This document shows, one piece after another, positions 35,097 through 42,658 of a stretch of 42,658 nt of DNA. The stretch spans positions 1 to 42,658 of the forward strand of contig CAXMRM010000178.1 in NCBI GenBank assembly GCA_964196015.1, read 5' to 3'. Made by a program: the position numbers and the translations under genes. The notes below the pieces were generated by a model. That model made no database searches. It was not told the DNA's origin and was given only the letters and a program-made list of their open reading frames with translations. The DNA comes from an uncultured Myxococcota bacterium. GTDB lineage: Bacteria > Myxococcota_A > Polyangia > Polyangiales > Houyiibacteriaceae. The stretch's first letter is position 1, and each line of letters begins with the position of its first letter.

Positions 35097-36005
35097 ATGC
35101 GAGATGTCGACGACGAGGTGCGCCAGATAAAGAAGGAGATCGTCGAGAGCCGGGGCCTGATCATCAAGACCAACAACCTGGTCAATGCTCTGGGCGCTGA
35201 CATCAAATCGATCGCCAAACGCCAGGCGGGGTACGAGCGGCGCCTGAACTGGAACAGCGGCGTCGCCCTCGCGGTCATCGGCGTCCTCTCGTTCTCCGGG
35301 CTAAAGCTCTACTTCGACGCCCAGACCGGCGGGATGCGGTCCGAAATGACCGCCGCCGAGACCGCGGTGAAAGAACTCCGTAGCGATCTGGGAGACGAGG
35401 TTCGCCGAGCGTCGGAGCGGGCGACAGCGGCCGCCAAGGCAGCGCAGTACTACGATCTGATTCGCGCGCGGAAGCACGTCGAGGTCCTTCGAGAGTATCC
35501 GGCGATGGCCAAAGAGGCACTGTCACCGGCCGAGGCCGCGGTGTTCCGAGACTTCGAGCAGCAGTTCCGACAGGACCTCTCGCTCGAGGCGTACCAAAAG
35601 GGTCTCGCGCTTGCCGAGGGGAAGAAGCACGCAGAGGCGATCAATCGCTTCGAGGAGGCGATCGAGCTGCACCCGAACGGCTCGCACGTTCCCACCGTCA
35701 GGCACAGCCTCGCGCTGTCGCTGCGCAGCGAGAAGCGTTCCGCGGAAGCGCTCGTATTTGCGCAGCAGGTAGCCGACCAAACGACGGACAGCGCATTGCA
35801 GCCCGATGGTTGGTGGCTCGTCGCGCGGTGCGCGCTCGATGTCGACGATCTGGACACGGCGCGTGACGCGCTCAAGATTCTGATCAAAAAGTGGCCGAGG
35901 TCGGCGTTGTCACGCGAGGCGAAACCGTTGCTGCGCGAGGTGACGCGCCAGGCGTATCTCGGCAAGAAGGCCGCTACGGCGGCGCCTGCCGGCACTCCCG
36001 AATGA
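35097..36005 (+). CDS. membrane-anchored coiled-coil/TPR-like protein
   Basis: Start taken at ATG 35097 (MRDVDDEVRQIKKEI). One TM helix (GVALAVIGVLSFSGLKLY) is followed by helical repeats resembling TPR/YbgF-like domains. Confidence 0.6.
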   Translation: MRDVDDEVRQIKKEIVESRGLIIKTNNLVNALGADIKSIAKRQAGYERRLNWNSGVALAVIGVLSFSGLKLYFDAQTGGMRSEMTAAETAVKELRSDLGDEVRRASERATAAAKAAQYYDLIRARKHVEVLREYPAMAKEALSPAEAAVFRDFEQQFRQDLSLEAYQKGLALAEGKKHAEAINRFEEAIELHPNGSHVPTVRHSLALSLRSEKRSAEALVFAQQVADQTTDSALQPDGWWLVARCALDVDDLDTARDALKILIKKWPRSALSREAKPLLREVTRQAYLGKKAATAAPAGTPE

Positions 36006-36064
36006 GCTCCGACGCGGCGATTGCGTGTCGACGCTGCCCCTAACTTGTGCCAGGTTGAATATCG

Positions 36065-36985
36065 ATGGCCAGGCCGCGGATTGCATTCGTAGGTTCCGGT
36101 GGCGCCGCAAAGGGCGTGGCTCACATCGGTGTCCTCCGCGCCATGCAAGAGCTCGGCATCGAAGCCGACATCTGCGTAGGGGCCTCGGCCGGCGCCATTG
36201 CGGGCGCGTTCTACGCTCAGGGCTACACGCCGGCGCAGATGATCGACTGGTTTCGCCCCTTCTGGCAGCGCGGTCTCGAGGCGCCACCGCTGAAGGCTCG
36301 TTATTTCCTTGGCCTGCCGAATCAAGAGCAGCGGCGTAGCTGGGGCTACATGACCAGTGGTCTCCTCTCGATTGATCGATTCGAGCGCTTCGTCACCGAG
36401 CAGTTGCCGACCAACGATTTTCGCGACCTCGACAAGGACTTGCTGATCACGGCCGCCGACATCGACGGCCGCGGACGCGTGGTGTTCGGCCGCGGATACC
36501 GTGATGACGTCCCGATCAGCAAGGCGGTGGCCGCCTCGTCGTGCGTGCCGGGACTCTTCCGTCCGCACCGCATCGGCGACCGCTTCTACATCGACGGCGA
36601 GGTCGTTCGCACGCTGAGTATCGACTTGGCAGTCGAGGCCGGCGCCGACGTCGTCATCGTCTCGAACGTGTACCGTCCACATGTCAGTCGCGTTGGTAGT
36701 CCTTCGCTGGTTTACCAGGGCGGCCTCGCGGTAGTCCGTCAATCGTTGAACCTCATCCTCAACGAAAAGGAAAAGCGCGGCATCGATTTGATTCACAGGA
36801 TGTATCCGCAGATTCAGGTCCTGCTGGTGTCGCCCGATCTCGGGCGGCTGCCGTTCACTTCGCGATTGCATGCGAGGACGATGCTCCGGCGCGGCTACCG
36901 CGACGCACTACGCATTCTCGCGAAGGCCAAACGCCGCGGAGTCTTCGAAGTAGCCCCCAACGTCCGCACCATCGGCGAAGCTTAG
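36065..36985 (+). CDS. patatin-like phospholipase
   Basis: Oxyanion motif GSGGAAKG, nucleophile elbow GASAG and catalytic Asp motif IDGE. Confidence 0.88.
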   Translation: MARPRIAFVGSGGAAKGVAHIGVLRAMQELGIEADICVGASAGAIAGAFYAQGYTPAQMIDWFRPFWQRGLEAPPLKARYFLGLPNQEQRRSWGYMTSGLLSIDRFERFVTEQLPTNDFRDLDKDLLITAADIDGRGRVVFGRGYRDDVPISKAVAASSCVPGLFRPHRIGDRFYIDGEVVRTLSIDLAVEAGADVVIVSNVYRPHVSRVGSPSLVYQGGLAVVRQSLNLILNEKEKRGIDLIHRMYPQIQVLLVSPDLGRLPFTSRLHARTMLRRGYRDALRILAKAKRRGVFEVAPNVRTIGEA

Positions 36986-37042
36986 GGGGCGAAGAGGACC
37001 GAGTCACCGGGGCCCGGCGGAGCGCGATGCGCGGTGCGCGGC

Positions 37043-37144
37043 GTCAGCGCCGGTGCCAGTGCCAGCGTCAGTGTCAGCGCCGGTGCCAGCGTCAGTGTCA
37101 GTGTCAGTGTCAGTGTCAGTGTCAGTGTCAGTGTCAGTGTCGGC
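37043..37144. repeat. hexanucleotide tandem repeat: 17 G-Y-C-R-G-Y units including a perfect (GTCAGT)8 core at 37091-37138
   Basis: Read directly: GTCAGC GCCGGT GCCAGT GCCAGC GTCAGT GTCAGC GCCGGT GCCAGC (GTCAGT)x8 GTCGGC. It lies between the convergent patatin and cutA genes. Confidence 0.95.
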
Positions 37145-37275
37145 GGACGGTGAGCAGGATCAGGCTGGCCAGAAGCACGTGCGTCCAACTAGATCCGGGT
37201 CGTTGACGTAGGCCAGGTTCTCGCGCCCGCCACCCAGTACTCGTGAAGATTATCGATGTTCTGCGCGCCGTGGGG

Positions 37276-37602
37276 CTAGCTCGTCTGCTCGACCGCCCAG
37301 GCGAGGTACTCCGTGCTCACCCACTCCGCCGGTATCGCCACGATCTCCGGCAACTCATACGGGTGATTCGCCTTGATCCACGCGGCAAGTTCGTCGAAGC
37401 GCCCCTTACGCGTCTTGATCACGAGCTGAATCTCGGCATCGACCTCGATCTTCCCCTGCCATCGATAGAACGACTTCACGCCGGGAATCGCGTTCACGCA
37501 GGCTGCTAGCCGTTCCTCGACCAGGCCGTTGGCCAGCCGCTCGGCCGTCGCCTCGTCGGGCACCGTGCAAAGGATGACGAGTAACTGGTTTTCGGCGCTC
37601 AC
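37276..37602 (-). CDS. cutA: divalent-cation tolerance protein CutA
   Basis: 108 aa. VILCTVPDEATAERLANGLVEERLAACVN...SFYRWQGKIE...HPYELPEI is the CutA1 pattern. Confidence 0.88.
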   Translation of the reverse strand: MSAENQLLVILCTVPDEATAERLANGLVEERLAACVNAIPGVKSFYRWQGKIEVDAEIQLVIKTRKGRFDELAAWIKANHPYELPEIVAIPAEWVSTEYLAWAVEQTS

Positions 37603-37615
37603 CCGCCGAGCATAC

Positions 37616-38428
37616 TCAAAGCGCGTGGGCCGTCACGTCGAGACCGCGGTTGATGACCGCTACCGCGCGTTCGGGGACTGTTTCGTAGCCCACCGGGTCC
37701 TCGTCGATTCCGCTCACCATCATGACGTAACGCAGTTGCGTGCTGCCGGTCGGTGGGAGGGTGTAGTCGTCGGGCGGATCGTGAAGCCCTTGGCGTTCGA
37801 CGTACATCATCGGTGCGCCGTGGCGGAGCGCGTACATCGAGCGGCCGTTGGTCAGGATGAAGCTCAAGCTGTTGTCGGTGCTGCCGACCTCGGCGGCGAG
37901 CCGCTCAACCAACGTGACCGCCGCGCTGATCGCCGGGAGGGCCTGTGCCTCGTTGACGTCGGGGTTGTCGAGCTGCCCGGCGTCGTGGAGCAAGGCAAGC
38001 ACCGCGTGAAACAGGTACTCGCTGTCGGTCTGACCGCGGATGTTGCGGCGAAGGAAGTCGGGAATCATCTCAGCGAGGTTCTCACGCATCGCGTCGAAGC
38101 GGCTGATCGTCCCTTCGTGCGCGAAGAGCCAGCTACGCATGCGGAACGGGTGCGCGTTTTCCGCGTGGAAGTCTCCGACCGTCGGTTGGCGCATGTGCAA
38201 CACCGCACAATCCGAACGAACGTCGCCCGCGATGTTCTGCCAGTCGACTCGCTCCCCAGCGCGGGTTGGGCGCTTCTTATGGAGCACCTCGTCGCCGTGA
38301 TAAAAGCCGATGCCCCAACCACTTGCGTCGGCCGGCGCCGTCTCTTGGCGAAGCACCGTGCGCTCTTGGTAGAGCGCGTCGCGCATTCGGTCGGCTCGAT
38401 TCGCCACGTATCCGATGAGCCTACTCAT
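37616..38428 (-). CDS. class II (Ntn) glutamine amidotransferase-like protein, YafJ type, with Ser at the nucleophile position
   Basis: MSRLIGYV..., GWGIGFY, AENAHPF and WLFAHEGTI follow the GATase-2 pattern, but Cys2 is Ser. The ATG at 38428 was verified in the sequence. The track start at 38443 adds 5 residues. Confidence 0.7.
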   Translation of the reverse strand: MSRLIGYVANRADRMRDALYQERTVLRQETAPADASGWGIGFYHGDEVLHKKRPTRAGERVDWQNIAGDVRSDCAVLHMRQPTVGDFHAENAHPFRMRSWLFAHEGTISRFDAMRENLAEMIPDFLRRNIRGQTDSEYLFHAVLALLHDAGQLDNPDVNEAQALPAISAAVTLVERLAAEVGSTDNSLSFILTNGRSMYALRHGAPMMYVERQGLHDPPDDYTLPPTGSTQLRYVMMVSGIDEDPVGYETVPERAVAVINRGLDVTAHAL

Positions 38429-38589
38429 TGTTCGAACATCCAAGCGAAGCGTACTTGAAGCAGTGCATCATCGAGCCCCATTCCATAAATACCACGCGTC
38501 CAGATCGGCATCAACGAAGTGGGGGCCCACACGTCGGTCGTGAACGTACACAAAATGGGCTCCCGGATTGGATTGTGGTAGCGAGTAGT

Positions 38590-39483
38590 ATGTTCGCCGC
38601 CTTCGACGGTGCGTTGGATGACTACATTCAGCATCTGCGTGTGGAACGAGGCCTCTCGAAACATACGGTGGATGGGTACGCCCACGATCTGGTCCGCTTC
38701 GGCGCGTGGCTTGCGGACGAACGTGCGTCACTCGACGCAACCGATGAAGCGCGCGTTGCGGGTTATCTCGTCACGCTGTCACAGGAGGGGCTGAGTGCAC
38801 GGACGCAGGCGAGAGCGCTGAGCGCCATTCGTGGCTTCTTTCGCTTTCTCGTCCAGGAAGGGCGCCACCGGTGCGATCCGACGGAGCTGCTGGAAGGGCC
38901 ACGTCTATTGCGCAAGTTGCCGGACATCCTAAACCGGGACGAGGTCCTGCAGCTCTTGGAGGCGCCTACCGGATCAAAGCCGAACCGCGTTCGCGACCGC
39001 GCGATGCTGCACACCATGTATGCTGCTGGCCTTCGAGTGACTGAGCTCATCGAGCTAGATCTCGCCAACGTGAACCTGGAGGAAGGGTTCGTCTCCGCCT
39101 TGGGCAAAGGCAACAAGCGGCGTATCGTCCCTATTGGGGCGCACGCGCGCGTGGCAATCGCTGAGTACCTTGCCAAGGTGAGACCGAAGTGGGCGCGACC
39201 GGCGAGCCGCGCGTGCTTCGTCACCGCGCGCGGCAAGGCCATGACGCGGCAAGCCTTTTGGAGCTCGTTGAAGAAGTACGCCCGCGCCACGGGCATCACG
39301 AAGCCGATCTCGCCCCACAAGCTCCGTCACTCGTTCGCGACGCATCTGCTCACGGGCGGCGCCGACCTCCGTTCAGTGCAGACCATGCTCGGACACGTCG
39401 ACATCTCGACCACACAGATTTACACCCACGTTACCGGGGACCACCTTCGGAAGATGCACGAGCGGTATCACCCGCGCGGGTAA
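38590..39483 (+). CDS. xerD: tyrosine site-specific recombinase, XerC/XerD family (XerD-like)
   Basis: N-terminal SAM-like domain ([26 protein letters not shown]) and catalytic region [19 protein letters not shown] ... [12 protein letters not shown] ... [15 protein letters not shown]. Start at ATG 38590. Confidence 0.8.
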   Translation: MFAAFDGALDDYIQHLRVERGLSKHTVDGYAHDLVRFGAWLADERASLDATDEARVAGYLVTLSQEGLSARTQARALSAIRGFFRFLVQEGRHRCDPTELLEGPRLLRKLPDILNRDEVLQLLEAPTGSKPNRVRDRAMLHTMYAAGLRVTELIELDLANVNLEEGFVSALGKGNKRRIVPIGAHARVAIAEYLAKVRPKWARPASRACFVTARGKAMTRQAFWSSLKKYARATGITKPISPHKLRHSFATHLLTGGADLRSVQTMLGHVDISTTQIYTHVTGDHLRKMHERYHPRG

Positions 39484-39563
39484 ATGTGATTACAGGTTCA
39501 GGGCCTGGCGCCGGGTCGTTCAAGTAGTCGCCCAGCGGCCACGGAATCGGTATCCTTTGGAGA

Positions 39564-40226
39564 ATGTCGACGTTCGACGTTTGGATCATCCGCTTCGAGC
39601 CCGGGGACTCACCCCCGGCGGAACGCCTGCAAAGCGTGTTCGGCATCGACCCGGCTAGCGCTCGATCCCTCGAACGGAGCGTACCCAAGATCGTCAAGCA
39701 TGCCGTTCCCGCGAAGGCGGCAGGGGAGATGCGCCAGGCGCTCGAGGCGATCGGTGCAGTCGTCGAGTGCCGCCCGGCGCGAAATGCGAAACGACCGGTC
39801 GACCCAGGCGGAACGGAGAGCGCGACCGTCTTTCATCCACCGGGAGCGGATTTGTTTCCAGCTGGCCGCGTCTCCGCGATCGATCCGTTCGCTTCGACCA
39901 CCGAAGCCGGCGCGCCCCGCATCTCCGTCGACGATGCCAGTGCGCCCATCCCGGTAGACCGGACCGAGCTATCGTCCGAAGCGGAGCAGCCGCGACGGAT
40001 CCCCGCCTCCTTGCTGGCCACCTCGCGCGAGCAACAGCGGAGCAAGTTCGTCCGGCAAGCTGTCGGCACCATCGTCGCCGGCGCGGCCATCCTGGCGATC
40101 GGCTGGTTCTTCGGTAACTCTGTCCTACGCGGCGAAGCCCACTTCATCGGCGTCGGCTTCGATGGGCTGGGCATCTACTTCCTCGGCGTCGGGGTGTTCG
40201 ACCTCGTCAGCATTCTCAGGAGCTAG
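39564..40226 (+). CDS. membrane protein with an N-terminal L7/L12 C-terminal-domain-like module
   Basis: High GC3. The N-terminal 70 aa align by eye to the bL12 CTD pattern. The C-terminus has two hydrophobic helices (AVGTIVAGAAILAIGWFF, GLGIYFLGVGVFDLV). Confidence 0.55.
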   Translation: MSTFDVWIIRFEPGDSPPAERLQSVFGIDPASARSLERSVPKIVKHAVPAKAAGEMRQALEAIGAVVECRPARNAKRPVDPGGTESATVFHPPGADLFPAGRVSAIDPFASTTEAGAPRISVDDASAPIPVDRTELSSEAEQPRRIPASLLATSREQQRSKFVRQAVGTIVAGAAILAIGWFFGNSVLRGEAHFIGVGFDGLGIYFLGVGVFDLVSILRS

Positions 40227-40231
40227 CTTCG

Positions 40232-40753
40232 GTGCAACTGACCCTTCCAAAGATTCTGTGGTTCGTGGCGGCGATCGCGATCGCCTGGGGCCTGAACTCG
40301 TGGCGTCACGACGCAGCCTTGCACGGTCTCGGTGCCGCGCGCGACGGAGACCGTGGCGCGGCGGAATCTTGGGTGGACCGAAAGCTGCGGGAGAGCCACT
40401 GCGAACTGCACGAGGCGCGCCAGTACGTTTCCTCGCCGTCCACGCGGCAGTACGTCCCCCGGCCCGACTACGTCGAGACGTTCGTCGAAAAACTCTACGC
40501 CGGCGGAGCGCTCCGAATCGAAGTCTGCGATTCTGATGTGCGCGGCTTTCGCTTCGCTCAGTACCTCCTGGTAACATTGCCAGACGATCAGAGTAAGCAA
40601 GAGCGCGTCATCGCCGACGCGCAGAGCTTCGTGCGACGCGATGCTGTGGTCTATCGAGGTGAAACCTCGACTGAAGCTGAGGCGAGCGTGCGTGCCTTGA
40701 CTCTCGTCGGAACGCGGCGCGTGCTCGCGGAGTTCCACGCAGAAGCCCACTGA
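40232..40753 (+). CDS. hypothetical protein with an N-terminal TM helix
   Basis: GTG start 5 nt after the preceding stop. TM helix [15 protein letters not shown] recognise no family. Confidence 0.5.
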   Translation: MQLTLPKILWFVAAIAIAWGLNSWRHDAALHGLGAARDGDRGAAESWVDRKLRESHCELHEARQYVSSPSTRQYVPRPDYVETFVEKLYAGGALRIEVCDSDVRGFRFAQYLLVTLPDDQSKQERVIADAQSFVRRDAVVYRGETSTEAEASVRALTLVGTRRVLAEFHAEAH

Positions 40754-40838
40754 ATCTGGATTCGGGCGCCTCTGTAGACTCGTGCTATACGCCTGCCGCT
40801 CTGCACGCAATCGACACGACATTGAGGAGGCAAGCGCC

Positions 40839-42017
40839 GTGAACATTCACGAGTATCAGGCAAAAGAACTCTACTGGAAGTACGGTATCCCCGTACCGAA
40901 GGGCATTGCCTGCATGTCGGTCGAGGAAGCGACTGCGGCGGCCAAGAAGCTCATCGAAGAGACCGGGAGCGAGGTCGTCGTCGTCAAGGCACAGATTCAC
41001 GCGGGTGGCCGGGGTAAGGCCGGCGGCGTGAAGGTCGTCAAAGGCGTGAACGCCGCGACAGCAGCCGCGACCGAGATCCTCGGCAAGACGCTGGTCACGC
41101 ACCAGACAGGTCCCGAGGGCAAGGTCGTGCAGCGGCTGCTCGTCGAGCAAGGCCTCGCGATCAAGAGCGAGCTTTACCTTGCGCTGGTCGTCGACCGTGA
41201 GAGCCGTCGAATCGCGATCATGGCGTCGACCGAAGGCGGCATGGACATCGAAGAGGTCGCCGCGAGCACCCCAGAGAAGATCCACACCATCGCCATCGAC
41301 CCGGCCGTAGGCCTGCAGGGCTACCAGATTCGGCAGCTCGCGTTCGCGCTCGGCCTGTCCAAGCAAGAGCAGAAGAATTTCAGCAAGCTCATCACGGGTC
41401 TCGCAAAGCTCTTCGAGCAGGAAGACTGCTCGATTGCCGAGATCAACCCGCTCATCCTCACCGAGGACGAACGTGTCATCGCGCTGGACGCCAAGGTGAA
41501 CTTCGACTCCAATGCAGAGTTCCGCCACAAGGACTTCTGGAATTCGGTGCGCGACCTCTCCGAGGAGGCGCCGACCGAGACCGAGGCCAAGGAAGCTGGC
41601 CTCTCGTTCATCCAGCTCGACGGCAACATCGGCTGCCTGGTCAACGGCGCCGGCCTGGCGATGAGCACCATGGACACCATCAAGTACTACGGCGGCGAGC
41701 CCGCGAACTTCCTCGACGTGGGTGGCGGCGCCAGCCAGGAAGCCGTCACCGAGGCGTTCCGGATCATCCTCCAGTCGGAGACCGTCCAGGGCATCTTCGT
41801 CAACATCTTCGGTGGCATCATGCGGTGCGACACCATCGCCAAGGGCATCGTCGCTGCCACCAAGGAGCTTGGCCTGGAGGTTCCGCTCGTCGTTCGGCTC
41901 GAGGGCACCAAGGTCGAAGAGGGCCGGAAGATCCTCGATGAGTCGGGTCTGGCGATCACATCTGCGGCCACGATGGCCGAGGGCGCTCAGAAAATCGTCG
42001 AGTTGGCGAAAGGATAA
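40839..42017 (+). CDS. sucC: succinate--CoA ligase (ADP-forming) beta subunit
   Basis: [12 protein letters not shown] start (GTG 40839, with GAGGAGG ending 9 nt upstream), ATP-grasp region and [18 protein letters not shown] motif. Confidence 0.93.
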   Translation: MNIHEYQAKELYWKYGIPVPKGIACMSVEEATAAAKKLIEETGSEVVVVKAQIHAGGRGKAGGVKVVKGVNAATAAATEILGKTLVTHQTGPEGKVVQRLLVEQGLAIKSELYLALVVDRESRRIAIMASTEGGMDIEEVAASTPEKIHTIAIDPAVGLQGYQIRQLAFALGLSKQEQKNFSKLITGLAKLFEQEDCSIAEINPLILTEDERVIALDAKVNFDSNAEFRHKDFWNSVRDLSEEAPTETEAKEAGLSFIQLDGNIGCLVNGAGLAMSTMDTIKYYGGEPANFLDVGGGASQEAVTEAFRIILQSETVQGIFVNIFGGIMRCDTIAKGIVAATKELGLEVPLVVRLEGTKVEEGRKILDESGLAITSAATMAEGAQKIVELAKG

Positions 42018-42022
42018 GGGCG

Positions 42023-42658
42023 ATGTCGATTCTCGTAGATAAGAACACCAGACTCGTCGTTCAGGGCATGACAGGGAGCGTCGGCCAGTTCCACACGGAG
42101 CAGATGCTCGCCTATGGCACGAAGGTCGTGGCGGGATGCACCCCCGGCCGGGGCGGGCAGTCGCTGATGGATGTGCCGGTGTTCGACACGATGCGGGACG
42201 TCGTGAAGCAGACCGGCGCCAATGCGTCGTGCGTTTTCGTGCCCCCGCCATTCGCGGCCGACGCGATCTTGGAAGCCATCGACGCGGAGGTCCCGCTCGT
42301 CGTCTGCATCACCGAGGGCGTCCCCGTGATGGATATGATAAAAATTCGACGAGTTCTAGATTCGCAGGATAAGACCCGTCTCATCGGGCCGAACTGCCCC
42401 GGGGTCATCACCCCGGACCAGTGCAAGATCGGCATCATGCCGGGCCAGGTCCACAAGGCCGGGCGGATCGGCGTCGTCTCCAAGAGCGGCACGCTGACCT
42501 ACGAGGCGGTCGGTCAGCTGACCGCGCTCGGCATCGGCCAGAGCACGGCGGTCGGCGTCGGCGGCGACCCGATCAACGGGACCGACTTCATCGATGTCTT
42601 GAAGCTGTTCAACGACGACCCCGACACCGATGGGGTGATTCTGATTGGCGAAATCGGC
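42023..42658 (+). CDS. sucD: succinate--CoA ligase alpha subunit (3' end beyond the window)
   Basis: ATG at 42023. [21 protein letters not shown]..., [10 protein letters not shown] and SKSGTLTYE motifs. The frame is open to the window edge. Confidence 0.92.
   Translation, partial: MSILVDKNTRLVVQGMTGSVGQFHTEQMLAYGTKVVAGCTPGRGGQSLMDVPVFDTMRDVVKQTGANASCVFVPPPFAADAILEAIDAEVPLVVCITEGVPVMDMIKIRRVLDSQDKTRLIGPNCPGVITPDQCKIGIMPGQVHKAGRIGVVSKSGTLTYEAVGQLTALGIGQSTAVGVGGDPINGTDFIDVLKLFNDDPDTDGVILIGEIG

Noticed and set aside
35450-36871. 473-aa minus-strand ORF
   Set aside because: It is antisense to the patatin-like gene, which has all three catalytic motifs, and to the TM/TPR gene. It is a shadow ORF.
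36065-36985. Patatin-like phospholipase as a CBASS/defence effector
   Set aside because: There is no cyclase (CD-NTase), no SAVED/STING-type sensor and no other defence gene adjacent. Its neighbours are housekeeping-type genes, and stand-alone patatins are common.
36983-37153. In-frame open extension downstream of the patatin TAG stop (possible readthrough tail containing (Val-Ser)n)
   Set aside because: Sharing the frame has a one-in-three chance expectation, and stop-free stretches are common in GC-rich DNA. I saw no readthrough signal.
36982-37188. 68-aa ORF encoding (Thr-Leu)n across the hexamer repeat
   Set aside because: It is made almost entirely of the repeat and uses ACA/CTG codons, with ACA atypical for this GC3-rich genome. 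It overlaps the patatin 3' end and has no SD. I treat it as non-coding repeat DNA, but note it under the repeat finding.
38429-38589. 161-nt lower-GC intergenic region checked for a tRNA, small RNA or promoter elements
   Set aside because: I could find no cloverleaf-compatible arms, no T-loop GTTCGAATC-like box, and no convincing -35/-10 pair. It is most likely just the divergent promoter region for the GATase-like gene and xerD.
38590-39483. Tyrosine recombinase as the integrase of a mobile element
   Set aside because: Its length, N-terminal domain and C-terminal sequence fit chromosomal XerC/XerD. I saw no flanking direct repeats, tRNA target, phage genes or transposase genes.
40785-42251. 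488-aa minus-strand ORF
   Set aside because: It is antisense to the unambiguous sucC and to the start of sucD. It is a shadow ORF.

Overview
This is a high-GC (about 65%), tightly packed chromosomal segment. Gene content (many FHA, Ser/Thr-kinase and TPR proteins, type IV pilus genes, strong GC3 bias, frequent 1-4 nt start/stop overlaps) suggests Myxococcota; that assignment is inference only. Nearly all of the window is core housekeeping: uppP, trpG-trpD-trpC, purM-purN, glnD, metG, holB, mazG, efp-epmA, xerD, sucC-sucD, and a pilT...pilC-sensor kinase block. I found no rRNA, tRNA, CRISPR array, transposase, prophage or recognisable defence island, so I cannot support a claim that a clear new system is present. 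The leads worth a second look are local oddities. (1) A complete rlmE reading frame has no ATG/GTG/TTG start. It begins at the codon directly after the in-frame TAA of a stand-alone, divergent L3-like gene. (2) Two convergent FHA + zinc-ribbon paralogs share a CTAG double stop and lie in a patchy lower-GC neighbourhood. (3) A Ser/Thr kinase and a membrane partner sit between pilT and pilC. (4) An orphan MCE protein is translationally coupled to an EI24/CysZ-like membrane protein. (5) A perfect (GTCAGT)8 hexanucleotide tract lies within about 100 nt of 6-nt periodic DNA. (6) A class-II amidotransferase-like protein has Ser in place of the nucleophile Cys. (7) A membrane protein carries an L7/L12 C-terminal-like domain. 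Many long ORFs in the supplied track are antisense shadow ORFs typical of GC-rich DNA, and I rejected them.
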